64,000 bases of DNA from Elusimicrobiota bacterium (lineage in GTDB: Bacteria > Elusimicrobiota > Elusimicrobia > UBA1565 > UBA9628): positions 27,406-91,405 of the forward strand of contig JACRNU010000030.1 of the NCBI GenBank assembly GCA_016234805.1. The letters are read 5' to 3'. The notes beneath the pieces are model-generated. The model was not told the origin of the DNA, ran no database searches, and was given only the letters and a program-made list of their open reading frames with translations. This document shows positions 18,147 to 24,845 of the stretch, in pieces. How positions within the stretch are numbered: position 1 is the first letter of the stretch; every line of letters starts with the position of its first letter. A program made the position numbers and the translations under genes.

Positions 18147-18736
18147 CGCGAGCCGGACCTGCGCAGCACGATCCGGTCATCGCTCAACACCGGGATCTCC
18201 GGGCCGGACCCCCTCAGCAGGCGGGTCATGGTGGTCTTTCCTGCCCCGGAACTGCCGGCCAGGGCCACGCCCCCTTCCCCGACCGCGAGCCCGGCGGCGT
18301 GCAGGAGCAGGCCCGAGGACCCGAGGAGCGTCACGGTGAGCTGGCGGCTGATCAGGTCAAGGGTTTGGATGAGGGATGCTCCCGGAGCCTGACGCTGCAT
18401 GAGCAGGCGGTAGCGCCTGACCTTCCGGCCGTTCCGGATGCCCTTCCCTTCCGGGATCAGCACCCCGCAGGGCGGCTTGTTGCGCTGGGATGAGATGCGC
18501 AGGACCTCCTGTCCACGGCACGCGGTGACGCGCCAGAACACGGGGGTGTCGTAGACGACTCTGTCGCCGGCTCCGGCCTCGGCATGGCCCGGGGATATGG
18601 TCACGACCGCGTCCGGGTATTTATTCGTGACGAACTTGAGGTAGGCCGACATCCTGCTGTCGGTCCCGAGTTCGGGGATCCAGCGGCTCCGGAACTCCAC
18701 GACCGGACCCCCAAGTTCCAGCCTGAGGCTGGGCAC
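17846..18736 (-). CDS. HPr kinase/phosphorylase C-terminal-domain-like P-loop kinase (HprK-related).
   Basis: LLLHAAGLAVGEGGVALAGSSGAGKTTMTRLL is the Walker A region, in the arrangement seen in HprK C-terminal domains and in HprK-like kinases of RiPP clusters. Confidence 0.65.
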   Translation of the reverse strand: MPSLRLELGGPVVEFRSRWIPELGTDSRMSAYLKFVTNKYPDAVVTISPGHAEAGAGDRVVYDTPVFWRVTACRGQEVLRISSQRNKPPCGVLIPEGKGIRNGRKVRRYRLLMQRQAPGASLIQTLDLISRQLTVTLLGSSGLLLHAAGLAVGEGGVALAGSSGAGKTTMTRLLRGSGPEIPVLSDDRIVLRRSGSRWLLCGTPWPGEDRLAANRAVPLKKLFILRQAKSNGLASLSPSGAAAALLRCTFAPWWDKKLMEAALGSCARLCREIPVQEFSFRNTKDAGAWLRTAWTA

Positions 18737-18758
18737 TAGCCGCGCCCTTGTCCAAGCA

Positions 18759-18923
18759 CTAGCTTCTGCTGTAGGTGACGCGGCATCGGGAACACGCCCT
18801 GCCTGCGCAGCGCGAGGTGTTCGTGCTGCGCGCCGCGGACCTGCAGGCGGTGAGGATCTGCTCCTCGAGCGCGAGCTTGACCTGGACCATGGCGGGCTTC
18901 TGATACGGCTTCTTCTGGCTCAT
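18759..18923 (-). CDS. Candidate RiPP precursor peptide (54 aa): helical leader plus a Cys-rich, Ser/Arg-rich C-terminal core ending in Ser.
   Basis: Sequence MSQKKPYQKPAMVQVKLALEEQILTACRSAARSTNTSRCAGRACSRCRVTYSRS. The frame is taken from the tail of track ORF 18759..19277 and is too short to be called alone; my own reading of the raw text here differs by one base. An AGGAGA Shine-Dalgarno (18931-18936) sits 7 nt upstream of the ATG at 18923, which is 11 nt downstream of the radical SAM/SPASM stop. Confidence 0.5.
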   Translation of the reverse strand: MSQKKPYQKPAMVQVKLALEEQILTACRSAARSTNTSRCAGRACSRCRVTYSRS

Positions 18924-18934
18924 CTGCGGGTCTC

Positions 18935-20005
18935 CTATTGTTGCGTTTGTGCCGGTTCCTTGGAGCCGGCTTTCTTCCCGGCGAGGGCCTGGTGGCGCAG
19001 ACCGGCCTTGCGGCAAAGGGGTTCCACGATCCCTCCCAGGGACCGGTGCTCCAGCATGGCGTAGCCTGAGCACTGCTCGCAAAGAGGCGCTTTGTCGCAA
19101 GCAAGGCACTTTGGGGAAAGGCTTTCCTCCATCACGCGCCGGAAAAGGGGCATGGCTTCGCGCCACCCCGCTGAGAAGGAGCCCTTCCTGATGTCGTAGG
19201 CGAGGTTCGGGAAGGAATCGCAGGGCTGGAGCATGCCGTAGGGGTTGATGGTGAACACGATGGCGCCTGCCCCGCACAGGAGCAAGTCGCGGGCCGGGAC
19301 TTGGGAAAGCTCCCTGAGGAGTTCGCCGTATTCCTGCTTGGACTTCTCATCCGCGAGGTCCAGGGCCACGGTCTCCTCGGGGCTCAGCCGCAGTCCCCGG
19401 TTGTCGAAGCCTTCGTCGAGCCGGGGCACGAGGATGGTGTCGTAGGCGAGGCTGCGTCCCGGGTGCACGGCTTCGGCGGTGCCGCGCATGGCGGTCAGCT
19501 CGTGCTTGTTGAGGGACATCACCATGGTCTTGAGCGCGACATCCACTCCCCGCTCCTTCAATAGTCCGGCCGCGGCCAGGGAGCGGTCCAGGGAGCCCGG
19601 GCTGCGGGTGATCCGGTCATGGGTCGCGGCCGTGGCGCCGTAGATCGTGATCTCGACTCCGAGCGGCGGGTAATCGGCGAAGAGGTCCGCGAGCTCCGGG
19701 GTCAGGAGGGTGCCGTTGGTGAAGACCTCGATGAACATCCCTCGTCGGATCGCATGGAGGTAGATGTCCCGGAAGTCGGGCCGGAGCAGAGGCTCCCCGC
19801 CTGTCAGGAGAAGCCATAGGCAGCCGGCGTCCGCGACCTCGTCGAGGATGCGCCGGACCTCATCGAGGGAGAGCTCCTGGTCCCGCGCGGCGCGGTCTTC
19901 GGCCGGGATGCTGCAGTAGCAGTGGACGCAGTCCTGGTTGCAGCGGTAGGTCAGGGCCAGGGAGCCGAGATAGGGCAGCCGCAGGGACATGGCCTTCTCA
20001 TCCAT
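18935..20005 (-). CDS. Radical SAM/SPASM domain peptide-modifying enzyme.
   Basis: LTYRCNQDCVHCY is a CxxxCxxC radical SAM motif; the C-terminal SPASM-type Cys cluster is CLACDKAPLCEQCSGYA. Start placed at an internal Met (MDEK); the track ORF extends to 20056 and overlaps the PqqD gene. Confidence 0.75.
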   Translation of the reverse strand: MDEKAMSLRLPYLGSLALTYRCNQDCVHCYCSIPAEDRAARDQELSLDEVRRILDEVADAGCLWLLLTGGEPLLRPDFRDIYLHAIRRGMFIEVFTNGTLLTPELADLFADYPPLGVEITIYGATAATHDRITRSPGSLDRSLAAAGLLKERGVDVALKTMVMSLNKHELTAMRGTAEAVHPGRSLAYDTILVPRLDEGFDNRGLRLSPEETVALDLADEKSKQEYGELLRELSQVPARDLLLCGAGAIVFTINPYGMLQPCDSFPNLAYDIRKGSFSAGWREAMPLFRRVMEESLSPKCLACDKAPLCEQCSGYAMLEHRSLGGIVEPLCRKAGLRHQALAGKKAGSKEPAQTQQ

Positions 20006-20042
20006 GACGCGGCGGAACTCGCCGAACCCGGCTTGGGGGATC

Positions 20043-20330
20043 TTAGCGCAGGGCATGGCTCTTCACCAGGTCCTTGGCGGCGAGGGCTCTCAGGAAATCC
20101 AGGGTGTCTTCCTCGGCGATCTGAGCAGCCACCTCGAAGCGCTCGCGGATGAGCTCCGCCGCCTGCGCCGCCGTACGGCGCCCATCCAGGGCGTCCCAGA
20201 GGAGGGCGCCGGTCTCGTTGAGCCGCCAGACCACGGCCTCATCCTGGTCCACGAGCACGGCCTCGTCTTCGATGAGCTTGAAGAGGATGTCCGGGTTGCG
20301 GACGGGCCGGTCCTGAAGAGAGAGCTTCAT
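20043..20330 (-). CDS. PqqD-family protein (RiPP recognition element-like peptide chaperone), copy 1.
   Basis: 95 aa: ...FKLIEDEAVLVDQDEAVVWRLNETGALLWDALDGRRTAAQAAELIRERF..., a PqqD fold signature. 4-nt overlap with the upstream B12-rSAM gene. Confidence 0.8.
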   Translation of the reverse strand: MKLSLQDRPVRNPDILFKLIEDEAVLVDQDEAVVWRLNETGALLWDALDGRRTAAQAAELIRERFEVAAQIAEEDTLDFLRALAAKDLVKSHALR

Positions 20331-23197
20331 CGGGACACCATGGCGTCAAGGGCGGTGGCCGCGGCTCGGTAGAGCTCCCGGCCGGCCTTGCCGTAGCGGC
20401 GCTCGGCAAGGAGCCCGCGTCCCAGCCGCCAGTGCAGGTCGGCTGAGTCGAGCCCCAGGCGCCTGGCTTTCCTGAAGTGGGAGAGGGCTTCGCCGGCTTT
20501 CCCCTGCCGCTCGGCGATGAGCCCCAGTTGGAAGAATGCGCCTGCTGAATCAGGGGAGAGGTCCAGGACCGCGCGGAAATGAGAGGCCGCTTCCTCCGGA
20601 GAACCTCCGGAGGCGAGCAGCACGGCTCCCAACCCGAAATGAGCGTCCTCGATCGCGGGGGAAAGCTCCAGGGCCTTCCTGAACAGGCGTTCGGCTTCGG
20701 TCCAGTCTTTACGTGCGCGGTTCACGTTGCCAAGGCCGCAGAGCGCGAGGGCGTTAGCCGGGTCGAGCTTCAAGGCGTCCTTGTACGCTTTCTCGGCTCC
20801 GGCCCGATCATCCATGAACTCCAGGACCGGTCCTGGGTTGTTGTAGGCGGTCCTGTAGGACGGGTCGAGACCGACCGCCTTGCGATAGGAGAGCCTGGCC
20901 GAATCGATTTCTCCCTTCTCGAGGCCCGCAAGGGCCGCGAGGTAATGCCGGGCGGCGGGCGGCACGGACCAATCCGAGGACTGAAGGCGGGCCTTGAGCT
21001 CGTCTCCCAGGTGCTTGAACCGCAGGGGGGTGAAGCCGCCCTCCACGGAATACGAGATGGTCGTGCATTCCGGTTTGAGGCCCAGTCCGGCAAGCCGCTG
21101 GGAAAGGCGCTCCGGAGCGATCCAGGGCTCGCGGTCCGGAGCGAGGTCGTCCGTGACTTTCCTGGTCAGCAGGTAATCCAGATCGATGTCGAGCAGGACC
21201 GGGCCCGGGAACTTGGGCAGGCCGGCCAGTTCGCAGACGATGGTCTTCCTGCCCGCGAGTTCCGTGACCAGCAGGTCTCCTTGCGCGCGCACGAGCGTTC
21301 GCGGCCGGGCAAGCCTCTTGAGCGTGCGAAGGACGTGCCTGCGCTCCTTATGGCTGGACAGGGTCCCGTCCGGCACCACCCAGTAGAACTCGGACACGAT
21401 CCCATCCTGCATGGCAGGACAAACGAAATTGCCGATGGTGACCAGGCGCTCCTTCGGGGTCTCGACCGGATTCCACAGGGGCCGGCTCGCGAGCAGGCTG
21501 TCCAATTCGGCCTTGGTGCCGGCTTCGAGGATCTGGGTGATGTCCTTCTCCGGGACCCAGCCGAAATCGATGTGCGCGTCGAGGTGGATGAGGGGCAGTC
21601 CCGAGAGCCCGAGCTTGCGCCATACCCCGAGGACCTCGTTGTGGTCTTCCACGAGATGGGTGGACCTCCGGTGCATCAGGCCTTTGCAGAGCTGTTCCAG
21701 CCGGCCGGCCTCCATGGGGCTCATCGGGCCTCTTGCCTGGCGGAACTCGGTGAAGAACTTGAACGGCAGGCCTCCGTCCCTGTCGAATTCCAGCCCCCAC
21801 CGTGCCGGGTCGTCGTAGACTGGGCACTTGGGCGTCAGATAGTACGTGTTGAAGGCGGGATGGTCGATGGAGGCGCGGTTCTCGGAGATGAAAGCCACGG
21901 TCTCCAACCCTTCCTCGACGGTCTCTCCCGGCAGACCGAAGATGGTCTGGAGGCCCACCGCGACTCCGGCTGCGTGACAGTCCCTGATGACCCTTTCCGA
22001 GACCGCCTGCTTGTTCCCTTTGAGCACGAGGCCGCAGACCCTGTCCGAGGCGGACTCGAAACCGAAATTGACCTGCTTGCAGCCCGCTTCCCTGGCCAGG
22101 TCGAAGATGTCCCGGGTGAAGCCGTTGTCGAGCCTGGCCATGGTCCACCAGGGCACGGCGAAATCCTCCTGGATGAGCCTCGTCGAGACCTCGCGCATCT
22201 GGCTCGGGGACATGGTGGCGTTGGAGACCAGCAGGAGCGCCGGCTTGTGGCGTTCCGCAAGGGCCTTGAAGTCCCTCGCCACCAGGTCCGGCGATTTGGC
22301 CCGGTAGGACGGCTTGGGCAGGGGCAGGTCCACGCAGTAGGCGCAGCGGTTCCAGTAGCAGCCCCGGGAGGTCTCGCAGGTCAGGGCAAGGCCTCCTTGC
22401 CTGCTGCTTGCGTAGCTCGCGAGCGGAAGTCCTTCGAAGTCGGGAGTGGGCAGGAGGTCGAGGTCCTCCTCGCTGGTGACGGGGCTGCGGATCCAGGCGC
22501 CGTTGGCATGGCGGATCAGGTTGGGCACGGTCGAGACAGGACCCCGGGACTCGAGCGCCGAGACCAGGCCCAGGAGGGGGGTCTCGCCCTCGCCGGTCAC
22601 GACGAAGTCGAAGAGCGCCGCCCAATCAGGGCGGGCCATGATCTCCTCCGCGAAGAGGGTTGCCCATTGGCCGCCGAGGGCGATCTTCACCTCAGGGGAC
22701 CGCCGCTTGAGCAGGCGGCAAAGCGTCAGGCCGGCCAAGGCTTGGGAAGGGGAGACGATCGAAAGGCCGATGAGCGATGGCGTGCCTGAGAGGATTCCCT
22801 TGGCCCCCGGGTCGGCCAGGAAGAACCGCAGGAATGTGTTCTCGTCCTCATCGTCCAGATACCTGAAAAGGATGCCGCTGGAAAGGATCCGTTCGATGAA
22901 GTAGAAGGAGGAATTGGTCCTGTTGTCGTACGGGCTGCCGTATTGGTAGTCTCCGGCGTTCTGCGGCAGGAGGGATGAGTAGTAGAGCCCTTGGGCCTTC
23001 CCGTCAAAGAGCTCGTTCATCCGCCGCCGCGCCGTGTCCGCGGAACCGTCCCAGGAGTCCCGGTAGGCGAGGTTGAGGTCGAGCTGCGAGACGCCGATCC
23101 CCCTGGACTTCAGGAAGCCGGCCAGGGCCGGCGTTCCCAGCGGCGGGGCGTCGTATTCGTAGTCGGGAGGGATGACAAGGCGGACTTCCGGCATCAA
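20327..23197 (-). CDS. B12-binding radical SAM protein with a C-terminal TPR repeat domain (956 aa).
   Basis: N-terminal B12-binding region (IGLSIVSPSQALAGLTLCRLLKRRSPEVKIALGG). Radical SAM core with a CETSRGCYWNRCAYC cysteine motif. C-terminal ~250 aa with TPR-like repeats (AYNNPGPVLEFMDDRAGAEKAYKDALKLDP..., HFGLGAVLLASGG...). Confidence 0.75.
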   Translation of the reverse strand: MMPEVRLVIPPDYEYDAPPLGTPALAGFLKSRGIGVSQLDLNLAYRDSWDGSADTARRRMNELFDGKAQGLYYSSLLPQNAGDYQYGSPYDNRTNSSFYFIERILSSGILFRYLDDEDENTFLRFFLADPGAKGILSGTPSLIGLSIVSPSQALAGLTLCRLLKRRSPEVKIALGGQWATLFAEEIMARPDWAALFDFVVTGEGETPLLGLVSALESRGPVSTVPNLIRHANGAWIRSPVTSEEDLDLLPTPDFEGLPLASYASSRQGGLALTCETSRGCYWNRCAYCVDLPLPKPSYRAKSPDLVARDFKALAERHKPALLLVSNATMSPSQMREVSTRLIQEDFAVPWWTMARLDNGFTRDIFDLAREAGCKQVNFGFESASDRVCGLVLKGNKQAVSERVIRDCHAAGVAVGLQTIFGLPGETVEEGLETVAFISENRASIDHPAFNTYYLTPKCPVYDDPARWGLEFDRDGGLPFKFFTEFRQARGPMSPMEAGRLEQLCKGLMHRRSTHLVEDHNEVLGVWRKLGLSGLPLIHLDAHIDFGWVPEKDITQILEAGTKAELDSLLASRPLWNPVETPKERLVTIGNFVCPAMQDGIVSEFYWVVPDGTLSSHKERRHVLRTLKRLARPRTLVRAQGDLLVTELAGRKTIVCELAGLPKFPGPVLLDIDLDYLLTRKVTDDLAPDREPWIAPERLSQRLAGLGLKPECTTISYSVEGGFTPLRFKHLGDELKARLQSSDWSVPPAARHYLAALAGLEKGEIDSARLSYRKAVGLDPSYRTAYNNPGPVLEFMDDRAGAEKAYKDALKLDPANALALCGLGNVNRARKDWTEAERLFRKALELSPAIEDAHFGLGAVLLASGGSPEEAASHFRAVLDLSPDSAGAFFQLGLIAERQGKAGEALSHFRKARRLGLDSADLHWRLGRGLLAERRYGKAGRELYRAAATALDAMVSR

Positions 23198-23484
23198 TTA
23201 GCGTGCACGCTTTTTATGGTCTCGAACTGCGTCAGGATGGTCCCAAGATCCGCCTCGACCTCGGTGCCGGTCGTCGCGTACTCCTCCAGCAGGGTCGTCT
23301 TGATCTGCCCCACGGTGCGCTGTCCGTCGATGAGTTCCCAGACCCGGGCCGCGGTGTCGTTCAAGGTGAAGATGCTCCTCAGGTCGCCCACCTTCTCCCG
23401 GATGGGGACGAGGATGTACTCATCCGCGATGCGGCGGCCCACGAAGTCGGGGTTCTTGCTGTAGCGGCGTTCCAATAGTTGCAT
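23194..23484 (-). CDS. PqqD-family protein, copy 2.
   Basis: MQLLERRYSKNPDFVGRRIADEYILVPI...LNDTAARVWELIDGQRTVGQIKTTLLEEYA is a PqqD-like fold. The ATG at 23484 has a GAGGGAG RBS. 4-nt overlap with the downstream B12-rSAM start. Confidence 0.65.
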   Translation of the reverse strand: MQLLERRYSKNPDFVGRRIADEYILVPIREKVGDLRSIFTLNDTAARVWELIDGQRTVGQIKTTLLEEYATTGTEVEADLGTILTQFETIKSVHAN

Positions 23485-23514
23485 AGGGGATTCTCCCTCG
23501 GGGAGCGGCAGGAT

Positions 23515-23531
23515 GTGATTATACATAATGC
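23515..23531 (-). promoter_or_regulatory. Candidate sigma70-type -10 element (TATAAT) about 30 nt upstream of the PqqD copy-2 start.
   Basis: The minus strand reads GCATTATGTATAATCAC. This is an isolated AT-rich patch in GC-rich DNA, immediately upstream of the first gene of the tightly overlapped minus-strand gene string. Confidence 0.25.
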
Positions 23532-23558
23532 GGGAAAGCCGCGGTCCGCGGGCGGGGT

Positions 23559-24779
23559 TCAAAGAGCTGGCGCGATGGCTTCGGCCAAGGCCCGGTAGCC
23601 GGCGGCGTTGAGATGAGGCGCGTCGTAGACGCCGTGGATGAACCTCCTGCGAGCCTCGGCGCGCAGGGAGGGCCTCGCGTCCACGAACCCGCAGCCGGCC
23701 CTCAGGGCGGCCTCGCGCGCCCTTGCGGCGATGAGGTCGCTGCGGCGGCGCACCGCGGCCGCCGGGTAGCGGGACGCCCTGTCGTGATAGGTCTCCACGG
23801 AGACCTCTGGAGAGGCGAGCTCGTAGCACGACAGGGGCGAGGGGATGTAGACCGCCAGGACCCTGGCCCCGGGGAAACGGGACCTCAGGAACCCCAGAGA
23901 TTGCTCGAGGACCCAGACGCCCCGGCGCAGCTCGTCGTCCGTGAGCTCGAGGGACGGGCCTTGCGACGCCTCGGGCAGGAAGGACTCGGTCTGGCCGAGC
24001 AGGACGCGGTTCACGGGCTCGGCGGCGGGGACCTCGGCCGCCTCCGAGGTCCGTCCGTCAGCGGCCCCGGGCAGCCTGCGCCAGGCGCTGCGCAGCAGGG
24101 TCATGCCGAACCTCCAGAAGACCAGGTTCCTGCCGAATCCGCCTCGCAGGGCCGCCCTGGAGCCGTCATGGCGTTCCACGAACTCCGCCAGCATGAAGCG
24201 CCTGAAATAGGAAGGGTCGTAGAGCCTGCCTTGGTCGTAACGCGGGTCGTAGCTCTCCCGGAGATCGGTGATGTTGTCGTCGAGTTCGTTGCCCTCGTAG
24301 AAGTAGGCGAGCACGACCCCGGGCTCGGCGAGCCTGTAGAACAGGGTGCGGCCGAGGAAGGCGAACGTGCCGGCCGGCTCGGCCGCGAGCCCACCCATGC
24401 TGCCCGCGCCTCCGTAGCCCATGGAGACGACGTCGCGGCCGGTCAGCGCGCGGAGATGAGCCTGGGAGCCGAAGGCCGCCCTGGTCCAGCGGGAGGCGTT
24501 GCGGGCCTCGTCGCCGAGGCCCACGGCGTAGGAGTCCCCCAGGATGAGCACGTAGTCCCTGGGCCTCAGGCCGCGCTTGGTGCTTTGGCACAGGACCTGG
24601 ACGGGCGCGTCCAGCCGCCACGCCAGGCCGTGGGGCAGGAACGCGACCGCGGCCGGGAAGAGGGCGAACTCGACGGCGGCGTAGAGCAGCAGGAGCGCGG
24701 CCAGGGAGAGCCCAGCCTTCGGGGCGAGGGCCTTGAACCGGGCGGGGAGGGTTGCCATGACCGCGGGCTTATCATACAT
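23559..24779 (-). CDS. SGNH/GDSL-type hydrolase with an N-terminal membrane anchor.
   Basis: N-terminal hydrophobic segment (LSLAALLLLYAAVEFALFPAAVAFL), a GDS block (VLILGDSYAVGLGD), and a C-terminal DAPHLN (DxxH) block. The start is uncertain (Met at 24779 or 24758). Confidence 0.55.
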   Translation of the reverse strand: MYDKPAVMATLPARFKALAPKAGLSLAALLLLYAAVEFALFPAAVAFLPHGLAWRLDAPVQVLCQSTKRGLRPRDYVLILGDSYAVGLGDEARNASRWTRAAFGSQAHLRALTGRDVVSMGYGGAGSMGGLAAEPAGTFAFLGRTLFYRLAEPGVVLAYFYEGNELDDNITDLRESYDPRYDQGRLYDPSYFRRFMLAEFVERHDGSRAALRGGFGRNLVFWRFGMTLLRSAWRRLPGAADGRTSEAAEVPAAEPVNRVLLGQTESFLPEASQGPSLELTDDELRRGVWVLEQSLGFLRSRFPGARVLAVYIPSPLSCYELASPEVSVETYHDRASRYPAAAVRRRSDLIAARAREAALRAGCGFVDARPSLRAEARRRFIHGVYDAPHLNAAGYRALAEAIAPAL

Positions 24780-24845
24780 GATATCACGCGGACGGAGCAT
24801 CCCCGTCCCGGCCGCCTTCCGTGAAATGGTATCGTTGGGTCCGGC

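Noticed and set aside
18736-19277. Two long overlapping minus-strand track ORFs (122 and 172 aa) covering the peptide locus in two frames.
   Set aside because: Both are Arg/Pro/Gly-rich low-complexity read-throughs lying antisense/out-of-frame over the 3' end of the rSAM/SPASM gene. Only the last 54 codons of one frame form a sensible gene with an RBS. Note that my manual re-reading of the raw text here differed from the track by one base, which I could not resolve without tools.
20579-22789. 736-aa plus-strand ORF and 425-aa minus-strand alternative frame inside the B12-rSAM gene.
   Set aside because: They are shadow ORFs. The 956-aa minus-strand frame carries the B12-binding, rSAM and TPR motifs, and the others are Arg/Gly/Pro-rich.
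23613-24824. 403-aa plus-strand ORF opposite the SGNH hydrolase gene.
   Set aside because: It is a low-complexity antisense ORF, and the minus-strand frame carries GDS(L) and DxxH blocks plus a signal anchor.
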